This document shows positions 46,000 through 53,184 of a stretch of DNA of 64,000 nucleotides, in pieces; position 1 is the stretch's first letter, and every line of letters begins with the position of its first letter. The translations under genes were made by a program, and so were the position numbers. The DNA is from a virus. The stretch covers positions 13,652 through 77,651 of the IMG/VR virus record IMGVR_UViG_3300025585_000040. One strand, given 5' to 3'. The notes beneath the pieces are model-generated. The model was not told the origin of the DNA, did not search any database, and was given only the letters and a program-made list of their open reading frames with translations.

Positions 46000-46275
46000 C
46001 TACTTGTTCTTCTTCTCGTATTCTTCTTTGGTCATCCACTCTTGTTCACCCCAGCGCTTCAGTGACTCCTGACCTTCGGTTTCTTCACCCCTGTAACCAC
46101 CACCTCGTTTTTTGTACGCCTGGGCGAGTAGTTGTGCTTTCCTAGCCGAATAAATTAGTTAGCCTTACGGCTACGACCACTCTCCACTCTTGCCACCTTT
46201 GGACCCACGCATGATCTGCTGTTTCAGTCGTTCACGAAGATCAGGTTTGGTATAGCGCCCTTTGTTTTCAGCCAT
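46000..46275 (-). CDS. DUF5872-like basic protein (82 aa) interrupted by a 27-nt coding gap; candidate programmed translational bypass
   Basis: Codons 1-34 MAENKGRYTKPDLRERLKQQIMRGSKGGKSGEWS, gap 46173..46147, then ARKAQLLAQAYKKRGGGYRG...NK stop; joined halves restore the family motif GxWSARKAQ. Confidence 0.8.
46147..46176 (-). other. putative ribosomal bypass element (take-off UCG, UAG hairpin, landing UCG)
   Basis: TCG TAGCC GTAA GGCTA ACTAATTTAT TCG on the - strand. Confidence 0.7.
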
Positions 46276-46873
46276 AACTACCTCTGGTTTTCAGATAATT
46301 TAAAGAGTTTTCCAATGTAATTATGCTATCACCCAATAATCCAATTCCCCGGTTACAGTTTCTGCATAAGAGTCCGCGCACATCTCCAGTTTCATGGTTG
46401 TGGTCGACGACTAAACCTTGAGTTGGCTTTGGTGGCGTACAGCAAATTGCACAGGCACCGTTTTGGGCCTCGAGCATAACCTCATACTGATCTTTAGTTA
46501 TTCCATGTCGGTGATATTTTTTATAGTCCTCGTGACACTTTCTGTCTGATTCAAGTTTTTTGTCCTTGTATTCCGGGTGTAAATCAACCCATTTACCCCA
46601 TGCGCGGGAAGAGCATTCTTTGCATTTAGACCTTAAGTACCTCTTCCCGTCTTGAACGCGATAAGAGAACTGATCCCACTGAAGAATTCTTTTGCACGCA
46701 CTACATTCCTTTTTCCCTGAGGTACCGTACAGTTCTACCAGACGGACGTGAACACTGGATTTACAGTTTCTGCAAACGGTATCGCGTCTTACAGCACCGG
46801 TCTTAGTTTTACCTTTTGAATGAAAAAGGTCGTAAGGCAGCGCTTTCTTACATTCTTTACAGGTCTTAAGCAT
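46268..46873 (-). mobile_element. Endonuclease VII-type (HNH-fold) free-standing endonuclease
   Basis: Two N-terminal CxxC...CxxC zinc ribbons; QNGACAIC...LVVDHNHETGDVRGLLCRNCNRGIG. Confidence 0.9.
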
Positions 46874-46910
46874 GCGCCTTTCGGATTTTTAAAATCCTAG
46901 CACAAAAAGC

Positions 46911-47561
46911 TCAAGTCATTAATTGTTGATTTTGGCCAAATGCCGAAGTTAGAAGTGCAGCAGGATCAATCATTGATTTAATCTGCGGCTGCTGAGAGAT
47001 TAAAGAATTTTGAATATAAGACGAAAGGAAATCAGCCCCTGGCTCCTCTTCTTTCTTTTTACGTCCACCCATAACGTAAATATAAGTATCTCCGCCTTGA
47101 GTAGATGCTTGCGGAGGAGATTGAGCTACGGATTCTGCTGGCTTACCTCCTTTCGTATGGAGAAGACGAATCTCGTAAGGCTTACCCTCAATATCCGTAG
47201 TTTTAATCGTACCGTAGCCTTTCCCAGGGGTGAATGTGCCTGGACCTTCCCAAGTCAGTGGAGTCTTAGCGGCGATTGCATAATCTTGCCCCATGTGTTG
47301 AGTCGAGGCTCCAGCTGTTGGGGCTGTACGTTTGCCGAAGGGAGAAGTAATTGTGAAGCTTGGCTTCCATTCCTCTCCCTGTTGCTGCCAAAGTGCCTTC
47401 TGCTCTTTACCTACCTTCAATCGGGTTAGAAGTGAGCGTATAGTACCTGGATCAATATACTTACCGTCCTTTAGTACACGGACATCCAGGTGCGGTCCTG
47501 TGGTGGGGAAAATATCCTCACCAGGGGCAGCAACGTAACCTACGTCCAGCCGTGAAGTCAC
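46911..47561 (-). CDS. M23 peptidase-like protein, apparently circularly permuted
   Basis: TTGPHLD...IDP precedes ITSPFGKR...HMGQD. Confidence 0.65.
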   Translation of the reverse strand: MTSRLDVGYVAAPGEDIFPTTGPHLDVRVLKDGKYIDPGTIRSLLTRLKVGKEQKALWQQQGEEWKPSFTITSPFGKRTAPTAGASTQHMGQDYAIAAKTPLTWEGPGTFTPGKGYGTIKTTDIEGKPYEIRLLHTKGGKPAESVAQSPPQASTQGGDTYIYVMGGRKKKEEEPGADFLSSYIQNSLISQQPQIKSMIDPAALLTSAFGQNQQLMT

Positions 47562-48184
47562 TACTGTTCTCCTCCAAGGTAGTTAGGAGTTTGGAACATT
47601 GCCTGTGTCAAAACAGACACAGGATCGAAGCCAGTGTCAATCTTCTTCGGTGCACGTTCCACTAAAGAAGCTAAATTCTGTAAGCCATCGAATCCTGGCT
47701 TGAACTTATCTGTATAACCGCGTAAAAAATCAAGTCCTGGATCTTCACCATAAATGATGTACGTATTTCCTTTCGGACCTGCTGCAACTCGTTCAGGCTT
47801 TTGCGTCGGTTGCTGCTGTCCTAGTTGTTGAACCGCTTGTTGAGCTTGAGGAAGAAACTCTTTGTATTTGCCGCTTTTATAGACAGACCAAGCGCCGAGA
47901 CCTTGGCTACCTAATATGCCCTTAGCGGCACGTACGTTTGTCGCAGGATCAAAAAGCTCTTGTTCGCTTTTTAAACCAAATTGCTTCATCCGCGCTGGAC
48001 CAAGCCCACCGTACATGTTCACTTGGAATAAACCGTACGATTTATCTAAGCCACGGGGATTAAAAGCTTGTGGACGGCCACCTGATTCCGCCAAAGCAAT
48101 GGCAGTCATCGTAGGGATCTTTTCTTTATCAAATCCCTGTTGCTGAAGCAGAGATGCGATTTCTTGAGCTTTGAGTTGTGCCAC
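47561..48184 (-). CDS. lytic transglycosylase (SLT-like) virion protein
   Basis: AIALAESGG, SYGLFQVN, DPATNVRAA, AWSVY; GTG start chosen to avoid overlap. Confidence 0.8.
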   Translation of the reverse strand: MAQLKAQEIASLLQQQGFDKEKIPTMTAIALAESGGRPQAFNPRGLDKSYGLFQVNMYGGLGPARMKQFGLKSEQELFDPATNVRAAKGILGSQGLGAWSVYKSGKYKEFLPQAQQAVQQLGQQQPTQKPERVAAGPKGNTYIIYGEDPGLDFLRGYTDKFKPGFDGLQNLASLVERAPKKIDTGFDPVSVLTQAMFQTPNYLGGEQ

Positions 48185-48206
48185 GTTCTTATACCTCGTT
48201 ACTGCA

Positions 48207-48686
48207 TCAGCGGAAGTTGGTTGCAAACATGAGCCGAGTACCGACAGCAACATCGGCAGGACCAGGAAGCGCTTGAATGAATTCAGAACCTTCCCGGTTG
48301 AATCGATACCGAGCTTGCTCGGGATTTCGATAATTGGGGACATAAAGATGTAGGGCTAATCGATCCGTCTCGTATATGTAAATTGCCGTCCATGTTTTCA
48401 GCGTGTCCCTAAAATCTGAAGTTGCAATCGTACGGTCAACGTCACCGGCAATACTCTCAATACGACTACGAGGAACAGTATTATTATTCACGCTGCCAGT
48501 CATATCGGTGCGTTTTTCAGCTTCGTCGCACCGATTGATCTGTTCGACAATTTTCGAATACCAGAACGAATCTTGGATGTTGTTGACAGCTTCCTCAAGA
48601 CGCGCCAGGTCACCTGCCGGAATAGACGTGGTGTTATAGCCTAGGTGCCAGCGAACCTTGGATTTGAGGAAATTATCGAGTTGCAT
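48207..48686 (-). CDS. putative head completion/adaptor protein
   Basis: KVRWHLGY N-terminus; position downstream of capsid genes. Confidence 0.55.
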   Translation of the reverse strand: MQLDNFLKSKVRWHLGYNTTSIPAGDLARLEEAVNNIQDSFWYSKIVEQINRCDEAEKRTDMTGSVNNNTVPRSRIESIAGDVDRTIATSDFRDTLKTWTAIYIYETDRLALHLYVPNYRNPEQARYRFNREGSEFIQALPGPADVAVGTRLMFATNFR

Positions 48687-48757
48687 TACTCAGAAGAATG
48701 CGTTACGGGTACATGAGGCCTAGATGTACCCAGTAACACACTAGCACGCGCAAATTA

Positions 48758-49198
48758 TCACTCGACACGTACTAAGTTGTCCTTAAAAATCTCGTCCCAA
48801 TCAACACGCTTAATAGACTTCAATTGCTCAAGGCGTTGAAACTTCTCCGTAGGCAAAGAAAGCTGCAGATCCTTGATGTCACGTGCAGTTTTCAGGCCGA
48901 CTCCAGGGAGGGCATCGGCAATCTGACGTGCGCTGGCAGTATTGATGTTAAGCCGGGTATCAAGGGGAAAGGTCTCCTTCTTTGTTGGCTTAGCGGGATT
49001 AACACCTTCCGCCTGCAGTTGAGCCGTCAACCGTTCCTCAGTTTTAATCTGCTCGGTAGTTGCCTCAAGATGCGGAATTAAATCCGCTTCCTCGACGTAA
49101 AGGACTTCATCTTGAGAGTCAAGGCACATGACGATTCCGTCACCATGCTTTGACACCATCTCCACTAGACCACCAGTGACACGGTATTGGTACAGCAT
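48758..49198 (-). CDS. helix-hairpin-helix DNA-binding protein
   Basis: LNINTAS...LPGVGLKTARDI. Confidence 0.8.
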   Translation of the reverse strand: MLYQYRVTGGLVEMVSKHGDGIVMCLDSQDEVLYVEEADLIPHLEATTEQIKTEERLTAQLQAEGVNPAKPTKKETFPLDTRLNINTASARQIADALPGVGLKTARDIKDLQLSLPTEKFQRLEQLKSIKRVDWDEIFKDNLVRVE

Positions 49199-49258
49199 CT
49201 GTGTAATTATTGTCTCTGCTTAGCCTAACAAACTACACCCACAACTTCAAGAAGGCAT

Positions 49259-49284
49259 AAAAAAACGGGCTCCGAAGAGCCCGT
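49259..49284 (-). terminator. intrinsic terminator after capsid operon
   Basis: ACGGGCTC-TTCG-GAGCCCGT followed by T run on the - strand. Confidence 0.88.
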
Positions 49285-49302
49285 CCTTTATTTGTAGCGT
49301 TA

Positions 49303-50121
49303 TCAGCTATCAGTACCACCAACCTGAGAAGCGAAATCAATGAACTCATTGATGTCTTCCCAGACCACGGCGGCTGCGGGGCGCAGGTAGTTCACGCGGC
49401 AGATGATGTAGCCGGCCTTACCAGCATCCTTATCAGCCTGGCTGATGAACACACCGTCGCCATCCACGGTGGTGGAGGTGACGCCATTCACGTTGAACAC
49501 CTTGAAGGTGGTGTCAGCAGTGACCTTGTAGAACATGGAGTTCGCTGCATCCTGGTCGTCGATACCAGCAGTGGTAACGGCGGTCCAGAAGGGCAGGTCA
49601 GCCACGGTGGTGTCGCTCAAGCCCTGAGCAAACAGCGAGCTGGTTGCAGAGATGATCGAGCTGGCAGCAGCCAGACCATTGGCTTGAGTTGCAGGCACAC
49701 CGAATGGAGCACCAGCGTTGTTAGGACCGAGCAGCAGACCCTCAGTGCTGGTGCCACCGATATCGGCGGTCACAGGCGAAGCAGGGAAGCCAGCGAGGCC
49801 ACCAGCAGGGATATCCTGGGCCACAGCGATAGAAGCGCCGTAGACGTATGCAGGACGAGCCGAGCTGGCTTGCACCACGAGGGAAGTGCGGTTATCGCGC
49901 ACACGATCATCGGTACGACGATCGGGAGAGGGCACGATGATGTCGAAGCTCTTGTAAGAGGCTTTGTCGGCAGAAAGGTTATCAATCTTGACGTAGCCAA
50001 TCAGCTCGAAAGCTTCCACGCCAGGCCAGCCGTACACACCTTCGGTGTTGTAGGAGGAAAGGCGGTTGATCTGATTACCGGGCTGGAGAATAGCACCGGC
50101 TTCTTCTTTGTAAGCAGCCAT
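49303..50121 (-). CDS. abundant structural protein (capsid decoration/minor capsid)
   Basis: Follows the major capsid gene, AAGGAGG SD, same strong codon bias. Confidence 0.65.
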   Translation of the reverse strand: MAAYKEEAGAILQPGNQINRLSSYNTEGVYGWPGVEAFELIGYVKIDNLSADKASYKSFDIIVPSPDRRTDDRVRDNRTSLVVQASSARPAYVYGASIAVAQDIPAGGLAGFPASPVTADIGGTSTEGLLLGPNNAGAPFGVPATQANGLAAASSIISATSSLFAQGLSDTTVADLPFWTAVTTAGIDDQDAANSMFYKVTADTTFKVFNVNGVTSTTVDGDGVFISQADKDAGKAGYIICRVNYLRPAAAVVWEDINEFIDFASQVGGTDS

Positions 50122-50140
50122 TAGTTAGTTACCTCCTTTA

Positions 50141-51286
50141 TCACTCTACGATGGTAAAGGCAGTGGTCACGAAGTCCTTGTTCAGGTTCGCGAAGCCAGC
50201 GTACAGCTGCCAAATCAGAATGATAAAGCGGCTGAAGTCGTCGTTGTTGTTGATGAGAACTTGAGCGTTCGGGCCACCGATACCCACGCCCACAGCCTGA
50301 GGGCCGAAGAACAGACCAGCAGGAGTGGTGCGAGTCGCAGCACCGCCACCACTACCAATATCGACAGAGATGTTCTTGTCGGGGAAGTTGGTGGATTCGA
50401 AGAAGCGCACGCCTTCAAACACGAAGCCAGAAGGCATCACAGGCTCGCCAGCGACGAACTGAGCCTGACCGTACTGACCGCCACCATACAGAGCAGCGTT
50501 GGGAGCCATCATGCCCATCAGGGGGTTAGGCTGACCCATGCCAGGGTAGCGAGCCACTTCACGGAAGCCCTGGTCAGCACGCAGGTCCTTCATGAAGGAA
50601 GGATCGGCGATACAACGGTAGTAACCGTCAGCGAACACAGGAACGTTACGCTTACGCAGTTGCTTGACCACCTCGAGGAGGTCGGTCTTCACGTTGAACT
50701 TGAAGCGCTCAGAAGCGTATTCGGTAGCGCTGTAGGAGTTCAGAGTGGTGGTACCGGACTTGGTCTTACCGTTGGGGTAGTAGTAACCACCTTGGGTGTC
50801 CGAAGCGGCACCACGAGACTCAGACTTGAACAGCTCGTCCAGGAACACGCGGTCGCGCCAACGACGATAGTCGTCGAGCAGGGTCAGAGAACCGATGGAC
50901 TGGTGGAACATGTTGAGGTTCCCGGTGTCCAGCAGCAGACGCTGAGCGGTCATCAGAGTCTCACGAGCAATCTTGAAGGTGCTCGGGAGGTTGGCGTTGT
51001 TCGGATCTGCAGGACCGGTGTACTCACGGAGAGACACCAGCACCTTGTCCTTCACGATCGACCGGCTGTTAGCGGTACCGATGGTTTGATCCTGGGTACG
51101 CTCACGGTTGGTCTTCGTGCCAGGGTTGCCCCAGAAACGATAGCGATCGAGCTGAACGGTTTGACCCGGCTGTTTGGTGAAGTCGTGGACAACTACAGGC
51201 TCGCAAGCCATTTCCACGATATAAGCCGGATGGGGGCGGTACAGCTCCGCACCCAACAGCTTGGGAAAGTCGTTATCAATAAACAT
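50141..51286 (-). CDS. major capsid protein
   Basis: 381 aa, strong codon bias, HK97-like elements (DFTKQPGQTVQ, YRCIADP, FEGVRFFES), position after portal/scaffold. Confidence 0.85.
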   Translation of the reverse strand: MFIDNDFPKLLGAELYRPHPAYIVEMACEPVVVHDFTKQPGQTVQLDRYRFWGNPGTKTNRERTQDQTIGTANSRSIVKDKVLVSLREYTGPADPNNANLPSTFKIARETLMTAQRLLLDTGNLNMFHQSIGSLTLLDDYRRWRDRVFLDELFKSESRGAASDTQGGYYYPNGKTKSGTTTLNSYSATEYASERFKFNVKTDLLEVVKQLRKRNVPVFADGYYRCIADPSFMKDLRADQGFREVARYPGMGQPNPLMGMMAPNAALYGGGQYGQAQFVAGEPVMPSGFVFEGVRFFESTNFPDKNISVDIGSGGGAATRTTPAGLFFGPQAVGVGIGGPNAQVLINNNDDFSRFIILIWQLYAGFANLNKDFVTTAFTIVE

Positions 51287-51391
51287 TGTGGTTCTTCAGC
51301 GTAGGTTTAGCTGACACCGGAGATCCAGAAGATCCCTGAATGGTGACAAAAAATCACCCGGAAATCTGGGAACTTCTGTCCCATTGGTAGA

Positions 51392-51397
51392 ATTATA
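51392..51397 (-). promoter_or_regulatory. -10 box for the capsid operon
   Basis: TATAAT on the - strand ~105 nt upstream of the capsid ATG. Confidence 0.5.
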
Positions 51398-51427
51398 AGA
51401 TTACTTCATCAACTCGGATTATTAAGT

Positions 51428-51688
51428 CTACGGCTTAACCATTACCGGGTAGTTGTAACCTGCCAGCATGTTGCCAGGTGTGTATTGCATTGGAGCCATC
51501 GAGCCCAACTCACGGTAAGGATTCACCGCAACTGGTTGCATATCAATTTGAGCTGCTTGAATTTCAGGGTCAAGTGCTCCACTGCTGGCTGCCTGTAAAG
51601 CTAGAAGAGCTTGTGCATTCTCAGCTTCTGCTTGCTTTTTACGCTTCGCAGATTTTTTAACGGCTTTTTTGGCTTTGGATTTGTCCAT
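51428..51688 (-). CDS. hypothetical protein with basic N-terminus
   Basis: TGATG coupling with upstream gene. Confidence 0.55.
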   Translation of the reverse strand: MDKSKAKKAVKKSAKRKKQAEAENAQALLALQAASSGALDPEIQAAQIDMQPVAVNPYRELGSMAPMQYTPGNMLAGYNYPVMVKP

Positions 51689-52125
51689 CAGTTGCGTCCT
51701 TTTTTCTGTGGCATGGGAGGTTGGATGCCCATCGGCAACTGACCGGTAGGAGGCATCATGGGAAGCATTGCGTACTGCTCTTGATTGATCAGCTGATTCT
51801 GAATTGATTCAGCAGCCTTCTGGAATTGAGGTGAGAGCAGACCATTACGAGGAAGGGGAGACCCCGGAAGATTCAGTTTTAAATAAGCCGAATCCAAATC
51901 CTGAGGCATTCGTGGCTGTGGAGCATTCGGATTGCCAACTGTAGGGCCGCCGTTCAATGCACGAATGGCGGAATACTCGTCCATGTTTCCAGACTGGAGC
52001 TGACGAATCATGTCACCAGCGCCAAAAGAAACAAGGCCAGGAGCACCGATTGGTCCGCCTGCAGTACCAATCGCGGCTAAAAATTCATCAGCCCGGTCCC
52101 TGGCACTCGCTTTTTTAGACGCCAT
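51688..52125 (-). CDS. hypothetical Pro/Gly-rich protein
   Basis: In head gene cluster. Confidence 0.55.
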   Translation of the reverse strand: MASKKASARDRADEFLAAIGTAGGPIGAPGLVSFGAGDMIRQLQSGNMDEYSAIRALNGGPTVGNPNAPQPRMPQDLDSAYLKLNLPGSPLPRNGLLSPQFQKAAESIQNQLINQEQYAMLPMMPPTGQLPMGIQPPMPQKKGRN

Positions 52126-52138
52126 AGCAATCTCTAAT

Positions 52139-52165
52139 AAAAAAGGGGCAGCTTTACTACCCCTT
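52139..52165 (-). terminator. intrinsic terminator after scaffold gene
   Basis: AAGGGGTAG-TAAAG-CTGCCCCTT followed by T run on the - strand. Confidence 0.7.
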
Positions 52166-52191
52166 ATTTTACATTCAGTGTATTAACTAAA

Positions 52192-53184
52192 TCACTCCAT
52201 CACCAGGAGCTTCTGACGGAAGGCATCAGGAGAAGCCATGTTCAGATAGCGCCAGGCGTTGGCGGGATCGCGCTCAGCAACGGAGCCGAAGCTATTCCAG
52301 AACTCAGTGGGGTTGCCCTGAGCTTGGGGCTGCGGGGGAACGGGCATCTCGGGGCGCTGAGGAGCCACCGGGCGCTGGAACTGCTGACCCACGGCTTGAG
52401 CCTGGGGACGAGCATATCCAATCTCCTCATCAGGGATTGGATAAGGACCGTTCTCGCCGAAGAACTCGCAGGTGTAATCAGCGAGAACGTCAGGATCAGT
52501 CAGGATGGTCTCATAAGCTTTGTGCTCATTCGACAGCTCCTGAAGGAGATTGACGGCTTCAATCAGCTGGCTGTTGGTGGTGATCAGCGCATCCTCAAGC
52601 TGACAGGCGTAGTTGTTGAGGATGGCGGGAACGTCAGGACCGAAATAGTCAATGACCTCAAGACTTGCTTCGCTTACCCCGTTGGCGCGGAGCTGCTGGG
52701 GGCTGATCTCCAGCGAAGTTTGGGAAGAGTCGTTGGAGTATGCCTGGTTGCTGTTGCTCGAAGGCATAGAGGTCAGCATCCCCGCGCTGTTGTACTGGGG
52801 AATTTGCTGGGAAGCGTAGTTGACCTGGGCGGCCTGTTGACTCGGCGCTGACTGTTGACCCTGGAACGGGAATTGGACGGGCGAACTCAGGAGCCCTACC
52901 ACCTTGTTGAACGCCTCCTTGTACGGATTCTCCGCTTGTTGGGGCGCCTGGGGTGCTTGGTACGGCGACACTGTAGGGGCTGAGGGGTAGCCGCTCACCC
53001 CCATCTGGGCCTGCATTTGCGGGGCTGGGGCCACCGCTTGCTGGTAAGGTGCCACCCATTGGGAATTGGTTGAAACCGCCGGAGCTTGTGCCGCCGTCTG
53101 CGCCACCGGAGCCCCGTAGCTGATCGGCTGGGTCGGGGATACTTGGGGTGCCGATTGGGTCGGCATTGCGGTATCGGCCTGCAT
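52192..53184 (-). CDS. capsid scaffolding protein
   Basis: Gln/Pro/Ala-rich with central coiled coil; GAGG SD; between portal and capsid. Confidence 0.7.
   Translation of the reverse strand: MQADTAMPTQSAPQVSPTQPISYGAPVAQTAAQAPAVSTNSQWVAPYQQAVAPAPQMQAQMGVSGYPSAPTVSPYQAPQAPQQAENPYKEAFNKVVGLLSSPVQFPFQGQQSAPSQQAAQVNYASQQIPQYNSAGMLTSMPSSNSNQAYSNDSSQTSLEISPQQLRANGVSEASLEVIDYFGPDVPAILNNYACQLEDALITTNSQLIEAVNLLQELSNEHKAYETILTDPDVLADYTCEFFGENGPYPIPDEEIGYARPQAQAVGQQFQRPVAPQRPEMPVPPQPQAQGNPTEFWNSFGSVAERDPANAWRYLNMASPDAFRQKLLVME

Noticed and set aside
46147-46173. Self-splicing intron or stop-codon readthrough as explanation of the gap
   Set aside because: 27 nt is far too short for a group I/II ribozyme; three stops of two types are in frame, and TAG/TAA end many other genes here, so codon reassignment does not fit.
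48185-48343. Signal-peptide-like N-terminal extension of the transglycosylase ORF
   Set aside because: Overlaps the upstream gene by 137 nt; GTG at 48184 gives a non-overlapping start.
50261-51304. 347-aa + strand ORF antisense to the capsid gene (also 49684..50124, 52324..52851, 7894..8346)
   Set aside because: Shadow ORFs expected from strong codon bias on the coding strand; no recognisable motifs.
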